Shown here piece after piece: positions 48,022 through 56,601 of a DNA stretch of 64,000 nt. Position numbers and translations under genes: made by a program. Position 1 is the stretch's first letter; every line of letters begins with the position of its first letter. The stretch is from Escherichia phage BAU.Micro_ELP-22: sequence record OR699282.2, one strand, 5' to 3'. The notes beneath the pieces are model-generated. The model was not told the DNA's origin and did no database searches. It saw nothing but the letters and a program-made list of their open reading frames with translations.

Positions 48022-48405
48022 GTGTCATTAATTTATTTTGAACTACCAGAATATACCAATTATCCAAGCCGAGTTATTTGCTCAGTTTATAGTAATGCAT
48101 ATCATCACTTGTTAGTGAATAGTAATAAAGCTGTGCATTATTATCGAAATAAAGAACCACGTACATTAAAGAATCGTTATGGGTTTGACCCAACTAACAC
48201 TGAAGTTGAACTCTGTGATCTGTTCGGGGAAGTAATGGTGGTGTTGAAACGAGATATTCATCTTTTCCATACATACAAACTTAATCAGTACTTTATGGAA
48301 ACACTGTCTATACGTTCCCATGCTCCGATGATTAAAGTTGATTTGAATTATGTTGATGATAAATTGAAATATGATTTCATTAATTCACTTGTTTATTTGG
48401 AGTAA
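48022..48405 (+). CDS. hypothetical protein
   Basis: GTG start with GAGAGGA RBS; 127 aa. Confidence 0.45.
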   Translation: MSLIYFELPEYTNYPSRVICSVYSNAYHHLLVNSNKAVHYYRNKEPRTLKNRYGFDPTNTEVELCDLFGEVMVVLKRDIHLFHTYKLNQYFMETLSIRSHAPMIKVDLNYVDDKLKYDFINSLVYLE

Positions 48406-48406
48406 T

Positions 48407-48811
48407 ATGAATATACGTTCAGTACGAATATTTTCATTTGTTGATATGAATAAAAAACACTCTTATGTGTTTGAAAATGTCAATAAGTTAAATCCTCATA
48501 CGGCAAAAATGATTGAAACCATGAAGAACTTGAGTTTACATATAGAAGTTTACTATCTTCATGACGATTCTGTTTATGTATATGATGATGGATGGTATGA
48601 CGGTGTGTTTTATGATGACATTAGCACTACTGCTGATTACTACTTTCTAGTGAGTAATCCACTATTCAGTACTAAAACTTTGTTTGACATTACCGATACA
48701 AGCGTGTATGATACAAGTCATGTTGAGTTACTTAAGTTTGATCCAGTATTATTCAACAAAGAGACGGCGTATTGGATGACTGATTTCTTTTCAAATATTC
48801 CAGTAAAATAG
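48407..48811 (+). CDS. hypothetical protein
   Basis: ATG 48407 with GGAG RBS preferred over track start 48371. Confidence 0.5.
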   Translation: MNIRSVRIFSFVDMNKKHSYVFENVNKLNPHTAKMIETMKNLSLHIEVYYLHDDSVYVYDDGWYDGVFYDDISTTADYYFLVSNPLFSTKTLFDITDTSVYDTSHVELLKFDPVLFNKETAYWMTDFFSNIPVK

Positions 48812-48812
48812 T

Positions 48813-48841
48813 TTGGACATTTTAAATCTTAGTGATATAAT
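48813..48841 (+). promoter_or_regulatory. sigma70-like promoter with extended -10
   Basis: TTGGAC (48813-48818), 17-nt spacer, TGaTATAAT (-10 hexamer 48836-48841); upstream of clpP. Confidence 0.6.
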
Positions 48842-48875
48842 ACTCACAACAACGAAATAATAGAGGAAATTAATA

Positions 48876-49571
48876 ATGGTTGAACAATTCATGTTTGGTG
48901 GTTATGCTAATGGCGAAGTACGTAACATTTCTATTCCTTACGTAGTTGAGAAAGTTAATGGTTCAGAACGTACATATGATCTAGCATCTCGTATGATGCA
49001 AGACCGTATCATTTTCCTTGATACTGATTTCAATGATCAAATGGCACATATCATCAAACAACAATTGGTATGGTTAGACTCACAAGGTGATTCCCCTATT
49101 ACATTCTACATTAGTTCACCGGGTGGTTCAGTACACGCAGGTTTGGGTATTGCAGATGTTGCTAAGTCTTGTATTTCTCCAATTCGCACTGTAGTAATGG
49201 GCTATGCAGCATCAATGGGTTGCTATACACAATCTGTAATTGGCACTAAAGGTTTCCGTTTAGGTGGTAAGCGTTCTTATTTCATGTGTCACCAAGTAAG
49301 TTCTGGTACACAAGGTCTAATTACTGACCAGAAGATTTCACTTAAACATTCTGATGCCCTAAACACTCTATTGACTAAAGAAATTGCAGAAGCAGTTGGT
49401 GTAACACACGAACAACTACTTAAAGATGCAGACCGTGATTTGTGGTTAAATGCAGAAGAAGCTCTTGAATATGGTGAACATGGTTTCATCGATGGTATTA
49501 TTCTTGGGCCACGCAATGAAGAAGGTAAGTACTTAGTTAAGCGTCGCGGTGGCGTGGAAGAGTGGGTGTAA
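48876..49571 (+). CDS. clpP: ATP-dependent Clp protease proteolytic subunit (ClpP homolog)
   Basis: RIIFLDTDFNDQMAHIIKQQLVWLD, ISSPGGSVHAGLGIAD, catalytic Ser context GYAASMGC, His context MCHQVSSGTQG and Asp in DADRDLWL all align with bacterial ClpP. Confidence 0.85.
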   Translation: MVEQFMFGGYANGEVRNISIPYVVEKVNGSERTYDLASRMMQDRIIFLDTDFNDQMAHIIKQQLVWLDSQGDSPITFYISSPGGSVHAGLGIADVAKSCISPIRTVVMGYAASMGCYTQSVIGTKGFRLGGKRSYFMCHQVSSGTQGLITDQKISLKHSDALNTLLTKEIAEAVGVTHEQLLKDADRDLWLNAEEALEYGEHGFIDGIILGPRNEEGKYLVKRRGGVEEWV

Positions 49572-49619
49572 GATAGATTTTGATGCCTCAATATGGGGCA
49601 TCATCTTTGTGGAGATTAT

Positions 49620-49910
49620 ATGAAAGTACTAGTACGTAATAATACGGAAGTAGCAAATGTATTAGAAGATTCCGATTTTATTAATGTTGCGTTCGATCAA
49701 ATTAGTGCAGTAGCACTTGAATTAAAAAATGTAGATGAATCTGAGCGTGTGCTGAATGGTTTTGCAATTGTACTTGAATTAATGAAAGAAGTACTAATTA
49801 AAAAGAACATTAATCCAGTTGATGCGGTTCAACATGCAGAAGCTGTGCGTAAAGAACACGGTACATTCTCTGACAAAAAATACATTCAAACTGATGAGGT
49901 AAAAGAATAA
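49620..49910 (+). CDS. hypothetical protein
   Basis: ATG 49620 with GGAG RBS; 96 aa. Confidence 0.5.
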   Translation: MKVLVRNNTEVANVLEDSDFINVAFDQISAVALELKNVDESERVLNGFAIVLELMKEVLIKKNINPVDAVQHAEAVRKEHGTFSDKKYIQTDEVKE

Positions 49911-49911
49911 T

Positions 49912-50358
49912 ATGTCCAATGCACAATATAAAGATGGTTATGACGCATACAAAGCAAAAGTAGTTCTAAGTGCTGAACAGCTAAAAATGCAGCATCCATT
50001 ATATCGTCAGGGCTATCGTGCAGCACAAGCAGAAGCAATGAAGAAAAATAATGTAACTTTTCCTACTACACTATATGATATTCCAAAACGTCCACACATT
50101 TTTAAAGCTGAATGGACTGATATTATGGCAGCGACAAAGCGTCCACGCTTTGCTAAATTACACACCGATGAAGGTCGCTGGTTGCTAATGGGGATTATGA
50201 AAGCAGTTGAGAATCAATCTCATAAGATTGTTCGTTATAAAGATGTTGTTGCTATGGTTGATAAAGCATTTGACCTTGTACTTCAATATGGTTATGATGA
50301 AGGTGTTCTAACTGTCGCTGATTGTGAAAAATATCAGTACACCCCATATCAAAAATAA
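49912..50358 (+). CDS. hypothetical protein
   Basis: 148-aa ORF. Confidence 0.55.
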   Translation: MSNAQYKDGYDAYKAKVVLSAEQLKMQHPLYRQGYRAAQAEAMKKNNVTFPTTLYDIPKRPHIFKAEWTDIMAATKRPRFAKLHTDEGRWLLMGIMKAVENQSHKIVRYKDVVAMVDKAFDLVLQYGYDEGVLTVADCEKYQYTPYQK

Positions 50359-50368
50359 TATTGTGAAA

Positions 50369-50397
50369 AGGAATCCTATCATGGGATTCCTATTTTT
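50369..50397 (+). terminator. rho-independent terminator
   Basis: AGGAATCC-tatcatg-GGATTCCT hairpin followed by ATTTTT. Confidence 0.75.
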
Positions 50398-50484
50398 ATT
50401 GCTGTATATCAATTTTCCATTGATCATATTTTGATCTATATGAGCTAAATACCCAAGGAATCATTGTTACTAGGGTAGGTGAAT

Positions 50485-51033
50485 ATGCAGCAATATAATT
50501 TAACTGAAGAACAAAGTGATATTTTTTACCATCATATGTTTTTAATTGATGAATTTGCTTTAAAAATTAATTCTGAAGCAATTGATATATTGAAGAAATG
50601 GTATAGTTGTTATAATAAAAACAAAAAGTGGTATTGGTTTAATAGAAATATAAAATCATTTCTAAAAACAATCACACACACTGATAGTATTGAGTTAATA
50701 CATAGTTCTATTGGATATAGTTACTTAACTAAACACAACAGTACTATGATGTTATCAGGGTTTAAAGTTGAAAGAATTTCCAAGTTAACAGGTTTATCAT
50801 TAGAAACAATTCTATATGATATTGAGAAAATTTGGAAAACTATAGAATTAATGCATAAAAATATGTCATTCATATATAGAAATTATGATATATTCACTGA
50901 TGTAAGACAATATCATAATAAACCGTATGTATTGGATGAAAAGTACTATAATCATATGGAAGTTTGTTCTAAACTCGTTGATGATTGGAATCTAGAGGGA
51001 CATAATGAAATACACACACCTAAGTATAGATGA
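50485..51033 (+). CDS. hypothetical protein
   Basis: ATG 50485 (track used GTG 50479); 182 aa. Confidence 0.55.
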   Translation: MQQYNLTEEQSDIFYHHMFLIDEFALKINSEAIDILKKWYSCYNKNKKWYWFNRNIKSFLKTITHTDSIELIHSSIGYSYLTKHNSTMMLSGFKVERISKLTGLSLETILYDIEKIWKTIELMHKNMSFIYRNYDIFTDVRQYHNKPYVLDEKYYNHMEVCSKLVDDWNLEGHNEIHTPKYR

Positions 51034-51529
51034 TACTAATATCTGGTTAGATAACATAATCAAGACATTAGAATTAATTAAACTTACATTACAAAAAACT
51101 ACTGATATTGAAATTAAAATTAAACAAGAAATATTAAACTATTATCATAGAAACAAATATAGCACGTTTATCTCTAAATTAATTTATGGATTATATGATA
51201 TTGAAGATATTTGCATCGGTTACAGTACTGGTATTTGCTTCACAGTTAATGGTTTAAAAAATGATTTAAATTTCAGACTTTCCGATGAAGAGCAAGATTT
51301 TCGTAGATTTTGTGATAATATTATGGATACAGATAAAATTACATTTGTTATTGAATTAAATCAAACGTGGTCTACATATGCAGATAAACCATTTGAAATT
51401 AATGAAACAGATGTGTTAAACTATATTCGAGTTATGAAAATTCATGATTTGTGTAAAAACGCATTGTTAAGTATTGGAGCTTATAATGAAACATACGACT
51501 TGGTTGAAGATAGCAGAAGTAGTTGCTGA
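51005..51529 (+). CDS. hypothetical protein
   Basis: 174-aa ORF. Confidence 0.5.
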   Translation: MKYTHLSIDDTNIWLDNIIKTLELIKLTLQKTTDIEIKIKQEILNYYHRNKYSTFISKLIYGLYDIEDICIGYSTGICFTVNGLKNDLNFRLSDEEQDFRRFCDNIMDTDKITFVIELNQTWSTYADKPFEINETDVLNYIRVMKIHDLCKNALLSIGAYNETYDLVEDSRSSC

Positions 51530-51965
51530 GGAAAGTAAATGTATTTCACAAAAAGTTGGTTGTGTTATTGTTAAAAATAACCGAGTATTGAGTACTGGAT
51601 ACAATGGTACTCCATCAAAACAACCAAATTGTTGTGATGTGAATCAACACTTAGTCAATGATGGACGTTTTCAAGACTGGGTTAGTGATGAAGCAAAGCA
51701 TGAACATCATGAGTGGAGTAATATTCATGAAATCCATGCTGAAATGAACGCTTTACTCTATAGTTCTCCTGCTGAACGTCAAGGTGCTACTCTTTACACA
51801 ACACTACAACCATGTTATACTTGTTCTAAGTTGATCGCAGGTAGTGGGATTTCACGTGTAATTTATCTCAAAAATTATCCTCGTACACCACCAGAAGCTA
51901 TTAAAGTACTGGAAGATGCTGGAATTATTGTTAATTGCATTTATGATAAGGGTCTTGATAAATGA
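51486..51965 (+). CDS. cd: deoxycytidylate (dCMP) deaminase
   Basis: ESKCISQKVGCVIVKNNRVLSTGYNGTP, zinc ligand motifs HAEMNAL and PCYTCSKLI; closely parallels T4 Cd; ATG 51486 with GGAG RBS. Confidence 0.85.
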   Translation: MKHTTWLKIAEVVAEESKCISQKVGCVIVKNNRVLSTGYNGTPSKQPNCCDVNQHLVNDGRFQDWVSDEAKHEHHEWSNIHEIHAEMNALLYSSPAERQGATLYTTLQPCYTCSKLIAGSGISRVIYLKNYPRTPPEAIKVLEDAGIIVNCIYDKGLDK

Positions 51966-52219
51966 CAGTAATAATTATTATTGCTTTTCTAATAACAGTG
52001 TTTTTTATTTTTATGTTATATATAGTTGCTATGGATGAACCTAATACTTCTTTTCGAAATTATGAAGTTCGTTTTTCTGCACAAAATAATAAGTACTATA
52101 TTGTAAACTGTATACAGCGTAGTGAGAAAAGGGTAACAAGTAGATTTGGATTTACCATTTATTATAAAGACCGAGTAGAAGCTGATATGATTTGTCAGAA
52201 GCTTAATACTGTAGAATAA
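51962..52219 (+). CDS. small membrane protein
   Basis: 85 aa, N-terminal TM helix (IIIIAFLITVFFIFMLYIVAM). Confidence 0.5.
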   Translation: MTVIIIIAFLITVFFIFMLYIVAMDEPNTSFRNYEVRFSAQNNKYYIVNCIQRSEKRVTSRFGFTIYYKDRVEADMICQKLNTVE

Positions 52220-52246
52220 AAAAAGGAGCCGTATGGCTCCTTTTTT
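52217..52246. terminator. bidirectional rho-independent terminator
   Basis: A-run, GGAGCC-gtat-GGCTCC hairpin, T-run; sits between convergent + and - strand genes. Confidence 0.75.
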
Positions 52247-52247
52247 G

Positions 52248-52625
52248 TTAACCAGGGAGGTTACAATAATACAAATCCCAAGGGTGATATTTCATCGCAC
52301 CAGTACTCAATTTAATTTTATGAAACTGGAATGATTCGGCAAATGCACTATCGTCAATCTTAATACAAAAAGTGTTTTTGGCTAGAGTTGGTGCAATTTC
52401 CAATGCTGTTTTAGATGCATCTAATCTAATTTTATCTTTATCATAACTAGTGATAGTTACAAAACGATAAACATTAAAATCAGTATCAATGAGATCGTAA
52501 ACACAACTAGAACGTTGATTAAAGATGTTCAAGTTATATTTCAATTCACCGTTTATATTAGCTGCGGTTACACAAAACCCGCCGATATTGAATGGTAGTT
52601 TACCTTGTGCTGCGATAGCTTTCAT
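52248..52625 (-). CDS. hypothetical protein (only minus-strand gene in window)
   Basis: 125-aa ORF on - strand bounded by the bidirectional terminator. Confidence 0.5.
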   Translation of the reverse strand: MKAIAAQGKLPFNIGGFCVTAANINGELKYNLNIFNQRSSCVYDLIDTDFNVYRFVTITSYDKDKIRLDASKTALEIAPTLAKNTFCIKIDDSAFAESFQFHKIKLSTGAMKYHPWDLYYCNLPG

Positions 52626-52695
52626 ATTTTATTTCCTTTTTTAAATATAAGTATGAAATATATTTGTTTTTTACATCAGATGCACCATGAACTAG

Positions 52696-52724
52696 TTGAC
52701 AAAACATCAGTGGTATGATATGAT
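52696..52724 (+). promoter_or_regulatory. sigma70-like promoter
   Basis: TTGACA (52696-52701), 17-nt spacer, TGaTATGAT (52719-52724); TTAAGT(A/G) triple repeat follows at about 52770-52810. Confidence 0.5.
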
Positions 52725-52850
52725 CTGTTATAAACTGTACACCTTAAGTTTTATTTTTAAAAATTTGAGTTAAGTACAGAAAAAGTTTGACTTAAGTGTT
52801 TAAGTACTATATTATTTATATCTTCCTAAACAAAATTGAGGACTTGTTAT

Positions 52851-53459
52851 ATGAAAAGACTATGGCTTGAAGTGATACAAGCAGCGATGTTTCTATTGTT
52901 AATAAATTTTCCAGCCAGTGCTGGTATTGAAAGTAAAAATGTGATAAAGTATAATCCTGAAACCCGAAATGTATATTTCATATCAGATATTACAGATGGG
53001 TCGCTCAAGAGAATGATAGAGTTGTATGATAAAGAACACTATGATACCATCACAATTACATCTCCTGGTGGTGATTTTGATGCAGGTATTCGAATGGCAA
53101 ACTTTGTTAGAGACAATGGGATAAATTTAATTGTTTCTAGGTATTGCAATTCAGCATGTACTGTGGTATTCTTTAGTGTATCTCCCGAAAAGCGATATAT
53201 GACAAATCGCTCAGTACTGGGTCTTCATAACATTTCGATTAAAAGTAATGTTACTGATGGTGATAATTCATTTGTGTCTGTAAGACAGTTATCAACTTTT
53301 ACCGAAGAAATGGCAACAAAGGTAGGTTTCCTTTTTTCACTATATGCAGCAAATGGAATCCCACCAGAAGTACTATTTAGAGTTAGTCGTTCTCGTGGTG
53401 AAGATGTTGTAATATTAACAAAACCAGAACTGGTTTTTTACGGTTCAGTCAAACAATAA
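52851..53459 (+). CDS. secreted ClpP/S49-fold serine peptidase-like protein
   Basis: Signal peptide MKRLWLEVIQAAMFLLLINFPASAG; ITSPGGDFDAGIRMANFV and CNSACTVVFF resemble the ClpP SPGG and active-site Ser segments. Confidence 0.5.
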   Translation: MKRLWLEVIQAAMFLLLINFPASAGIESKNVIKYNPETRNVYFISDITDGSLKRMIELYDKEHYDTITITSPGGDFDAGIRMANFVRDNGINLIVSRYCNSACTVVFFSVSPEKRYMTNRSVLGLHNISIKSNVTDGDNSFVSVRQLSTFTEEMATKVGFLFSLYAANGIPPEVLFRVSRSRGEDVVILTKPELVFYGSVKQ

Positions 53460-53529
53460 AAATAATTAAAATAACAGGATGATTATGATGTACTTCCTTT
53501 GTTATTAATTATATTGAGATTATATAACT

Positions 53530-53790
53530 ATGACAAACATCCAAAACTTGACATCTATTATTTTTTATGCTACTGTAGTAATGTATGCTACAGTTATTTT
53601 TCTAACAGTTTTCATTTACAAAGATTATCGTAATGGCTTTATTGATCCAACTACAATGAAGTTCAATTCAAAATTCGAAGCAATAATTTATTATGTACTA
53701 TCAACTTCATACTTGGTGTGCCTAATGTTGTTAGGAGCACTAATTTATATCTTATACACAACATTATTTGCAATTGGAGCTATTTTATGA
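53530..53790 (+). CDS. small membrane protein
   Basis: 86 aa, two to three hydrophobic segments. Confidence 0.5.
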   Translation: MTNIQNLTSIIFYATVVMYATVIFLTVFIYKDYRNGFIDPTTMKFNSKFEAIIYYVLSTSYLVCLMLLGALIYILYTTLFAIGAIL

Positions 53791-54380
53791 CCTGTATTAT
53801 TGCACACACTGACGGAGTAAGTTCTTTTATTGCTGGGGATAAGTTAGGAAGCAATGGATTTACAAAAACTGTTCAAACTGAGCCAAAGGTATTCGAGAAA
53901 GAATTTATCAAGTTACATGATGATGGACTAACTAGAACTAAAGAAGTAATGGCATTGGGTTATACTACATCATTTCGTATGGGTCAGTTGTTAAATTATA
54001 ACCTTAATTTACCTGAACAAGATGCTAGTCAAACATTTTCACAATATTTGGTTCTTAAAGTTATTCCAATTATTCGTCAAATGTTTAAAGAAGAATGGGG
54101 TGCACGAGATGCATCACAAGATGTAGGTGGTGGACAATTTATCATTCTCCACAATCATACAATCTATGAAGTTCAAGAAGACTTTTCAGTACTACAACCT
54201 AAAACAAGAATTACCGCAGTAGGTAGTGGGACATATCATGCAATTGCAGCAATGCAAGCATATATTGAAGTTGAGAACGAATCTAAAAAACCACTACACG
54301 AACGTATCAAATCAATTTTTAAAATTGTTAGTGATAATGTAACAAGCGTAAGCGAAGAGTTTGATGTTTTAAAATATTAA
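53787..54380 (+). CDS. HslV/proteasome beta-like Ntn hydrolase
   Basis: ATG 53787 (ATGA overlap) gives M-TCIIAHTDGVSSFIAGDKLG resembling the HslV N-terminus TTIVSVRRNGHVVIAGDGQ with Thr nucleophile; ITAVGSGTYHAIAAM matches LIAIGSGGPYAQAAA. Confidence 0.6.
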   Translation: MTCIIAHTDGVSSFIAGDKLGSNGFTKTVQTEPKVFEKEFIKLHDDGLTRTKEVMALGYTTSFRMGQLLNYNLNLPEQDASQTFSQYLVLKVIPIIRQMFKEEWGARDASQDVGGGQFIILHNHTIYEVQEDFSVLQPKTRITAVGSGTYHAIAAMQAYIEVENESKKPLHERIKSIFKIVSDNVTSVSEEFDVLKY

Positions 54381-54407
54381 AAGTACTAATATTATAAGAG
54401 AGAATAG

Positions 54408-54602
54408 ATGATGGCATACACAATTTATGAATGGGTTTTGAGTTTTTTTATAGTTTTTTCTATTGTTGTAATTTATAACAATGCTAAATGCTTATATAGG
54501 GACTTGAAATCCAATGGTTATCACAAAGATAATAATTTTATGTATGCCTATCATATTGGAATCATTCTGTTATTATCAATATATTTAATTGTTTTTTTAT
54601 AA
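54408..54602 (+). CDS. small membrane protein
   Basis: 64 aa, two hydrophobic segments. Confidence 0.45.
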   Translation: MMAYTIYEWVLSFFIVFSIVVIYNNAKCLYRDLKSNGYHKDNNFMYAYHIGIILLLSIYLIVFL

Positions 54603-54611
54603 GGATTGAAT

Positions 54612-55364
54612 ATGATATCAGAAAAATTTATAAGCAATGAAGGTAAAAAGCGATTACTGATTATATCAGGTGCAGGACTTTCTGTTGAAAGTGGTATGGA
54701 ACCTTTTCGATTTGATGATGGTTTGTGGGATACATTTAAAATTAATGATGTATGTAACATTGCTAGTTTAACTACAAAATATCATGTTGTTCATTCTTTC
54801 TATAATACATTACGTGTAAAATTGGGACAATGCGAACCCAATGCAATGCATTATTTTATAAAATCGTTAGAAGATCAATATGGTGATTGCTTCCTTCATA
54901 TGACTTCTAACATGGATGATCTTTATACTCGTATCGGTGGTCATGAGCTTAAACTTCATGGAAACTTGTGCGAAGTTATTGAAAATTATAGTATCAATTC
55001 TGATGATTATAATGTTATTAACTGCGGATACGAACCATACATACCAAAACATGATGTTTTTGCTAAACCAAATGTAGTAATGATTGGAGAATATCATCGT
55101 TATGTTGATGGTATTCGCTTACCAATTTACGAAGAACGAAATAATGTGTTGAAATCTCTTAATGAAAATGATACAGTTATTGTAATTGGTAGTAGCGATA
55201 CAGTACTGGTGTGGTCGAGATTAGCAGCAGCATTGCCATGTTATAGTGTTAATGTTAACATTCGTAAAAATGATAATGATTTTTTGTTTAATGAAAAAGT
55301 TATCAAGCCAGCAACCAAAGCAATACCTCAACTAGAGACTATAATTAAGGAACGTATGAAATGA
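54612..55364 (+). CDS. Sir2-family NAD-dependent deacylase/ADP-ribosyltransferase-like protein
   Basis: LLIISGAGLSVESGMEPFRFDDGLW (NAD-binding GAGxSxxSGIxxFR), catalytic-His context ELKLHGN, VIVIGSSDTV; ATG 54612 with AAGGA RBS. Confidence 0.65.
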   Translation: MISEKFISNEGKKRLLIISGAGLSVESGMEPFRFDDGLWDTFKINDVCNIASLTTKYHVVHSFYNTLRVKLGQCEPNAMHYFIKSLEDQYGDCFLHMTSNMDDLYTRIGGHELKLHGNLCEVIENYSINSDDYNVINCGYEPYIPKHDVFAKPNVVMIGEYHRYVDGIRLPIYEERNNVLKSLNENDTVIVIGSSDTVLVWSRLAAALPCYSVNVNIRKNDNDFLFNEKVIKPATKAIPQLETIIKERMK

Positions 55365-55912
55365 GTGTTAAAGAAGTTCCCTTTGGTGAATATGGCACAC
55401 GTGCAAATTTTGTATTTTGCTATTTCTTTGCAAGAAAATGCAACCCTTACGAAAACTATGAGTTAAATGATATACCAGAAGTAAATCTGGTATTACTACA
55501 ATTACGATGGGATGGTCTTCTTGGTGGATGTGGTGGAACCGTAGAAAGTACTGATATCTCACTAGAAGATGCGTTGCGTCGTGAAGTTCAAGAAGAAATG
55601 GATTACAATATTTTTGTTTCCCATCTTCGACCACTCAAAACTTTTGAAATTTACCCAGGTGCAAACAGTCATAGTTTTAGCTATGAAGTGAGCTATGACG
55701 AGTTGAAACACATTAGAGATGGATACACTAATGCTAAACATGCAAGTGCAGAAGTGGCTGGTGTAAATTTATGTCATATTTCTCGTTATTCTAAGGGACA
55801 AAATCGAGAAGCGGGATATAATAATCTTATGACACAGAACTTCATCGGTACAGCAAAACAAGAATTGGAGTATCTGGTTCAAAAAGAAAACTTACTAATT
55901 AGTTATCTATAG
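55361..55912 (+). CDS. putative Nudix hydrolase (divergent Nudix box)
   Basis: GGCGGTVESTDISLEDALRREVQEEMDY resembles Gx5Ex7REUxEExGU but with a longer E-to-RE spacer. Confidence 0.45.
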   Translation: MSVKEVPFGEYGTRANFVFCYFFARKCNPYENYELNDIPEVNLVLLQLRWDGLLGGCGGTVESTDISLEDALRREVQEEMDYNIFVSHLRPLKTFEIYPGANSHSFSYEVSYDELKHIRDGYTNAKHASAEVAGVNLCHISRYSKGQNREAGYNNLMTQNFIGTAKQELEYLVQKENLLISYL

Positions 55913-55921
55913 GAGTTTAAC

Positions 55922-56242
55922 ATGTCTTACTCAATGTTTTTGGATGATATTCGTGATGCAAATCTATATTATCCAAACCAAGATATGGTGGTATGTCGTG
56001 ACTTTAAAAGTGCATGTGAATATGTTATTGAAAATGGAATTCCAGCATTTGTATCATTCGACCATGACTTGGGTGATGTGAGCGAAGACGAAAAGACTGG
56101 ATATTCTTTTGCTAAGTTTCTTATTGATTATATGTTTGATAATAATATTAAAGAACCGTTTGAGTACTTTGTTCACAGTAGTAATCCTGTTGGTAAAATT
56201 AATATTGAAACATACTTAAACAATGGATTTAACGCATTATGA
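55922..56242 (+). CDS. hypothetical protein
   Basis: 106-aa ORF with GGAG RBS. Confidence 0.55.
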   Translation: MSYSMFLDDIRDANLYYPNQDMVVCRDFKSACEYVIENGIPAFVSFDHDLGDVSEDEKTGYSFAKFLIDYMFDNNIKEPFEYFVHSSNPVGKINIETYLNNGFNAL

Positions 56243-56541
56243 TTCAAACACACATCAAAAGTCTTATTTGTACTGTTCTGTTAGGTGCAGGAGTTCTTTG
56301 GTTCGGACAGTATCACGAGAACACTAAGCGTACCAACATTCACTACAATACCGCAGAAGTTGTTAGTTTAGGACAATGTAGCGAGTCCAAATGTTCATTT
56401 ATGTATAAAACCCAAAATGGTGAAGTACGTAATGGACTATCAAGAGAACCAGTTTCAATTGGTCAACTTGTTTACCAGGAGTGCTGGGAAGAAAAGGTTC
56501 GAGGTTCACGTTGCTATGTTGAATACGAACCAAATATGTAA
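56239..56541 (+). CDS. hypothetical membrane-anchored protein
   Basis: 100 aa; N-terminal hydrophobic segment LICTVLLGAGVLWF. Confidence 0.5.
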   Translation: MIQTHIKSLICTVLLGAGVLWFGQYHENTKRTNIHYNTAEVVSLGQCSESKCSFMYKTQNGEVRNGLSREPVSIGQLVYQECWEEKVRGSRCYVEYEPNM

Positions 56542-56601
56542 TAATCCGAGTCAATAACATTAGTCGAGTACAAGGATGTACTCATAACTCAAGGATGTTT
56601 T

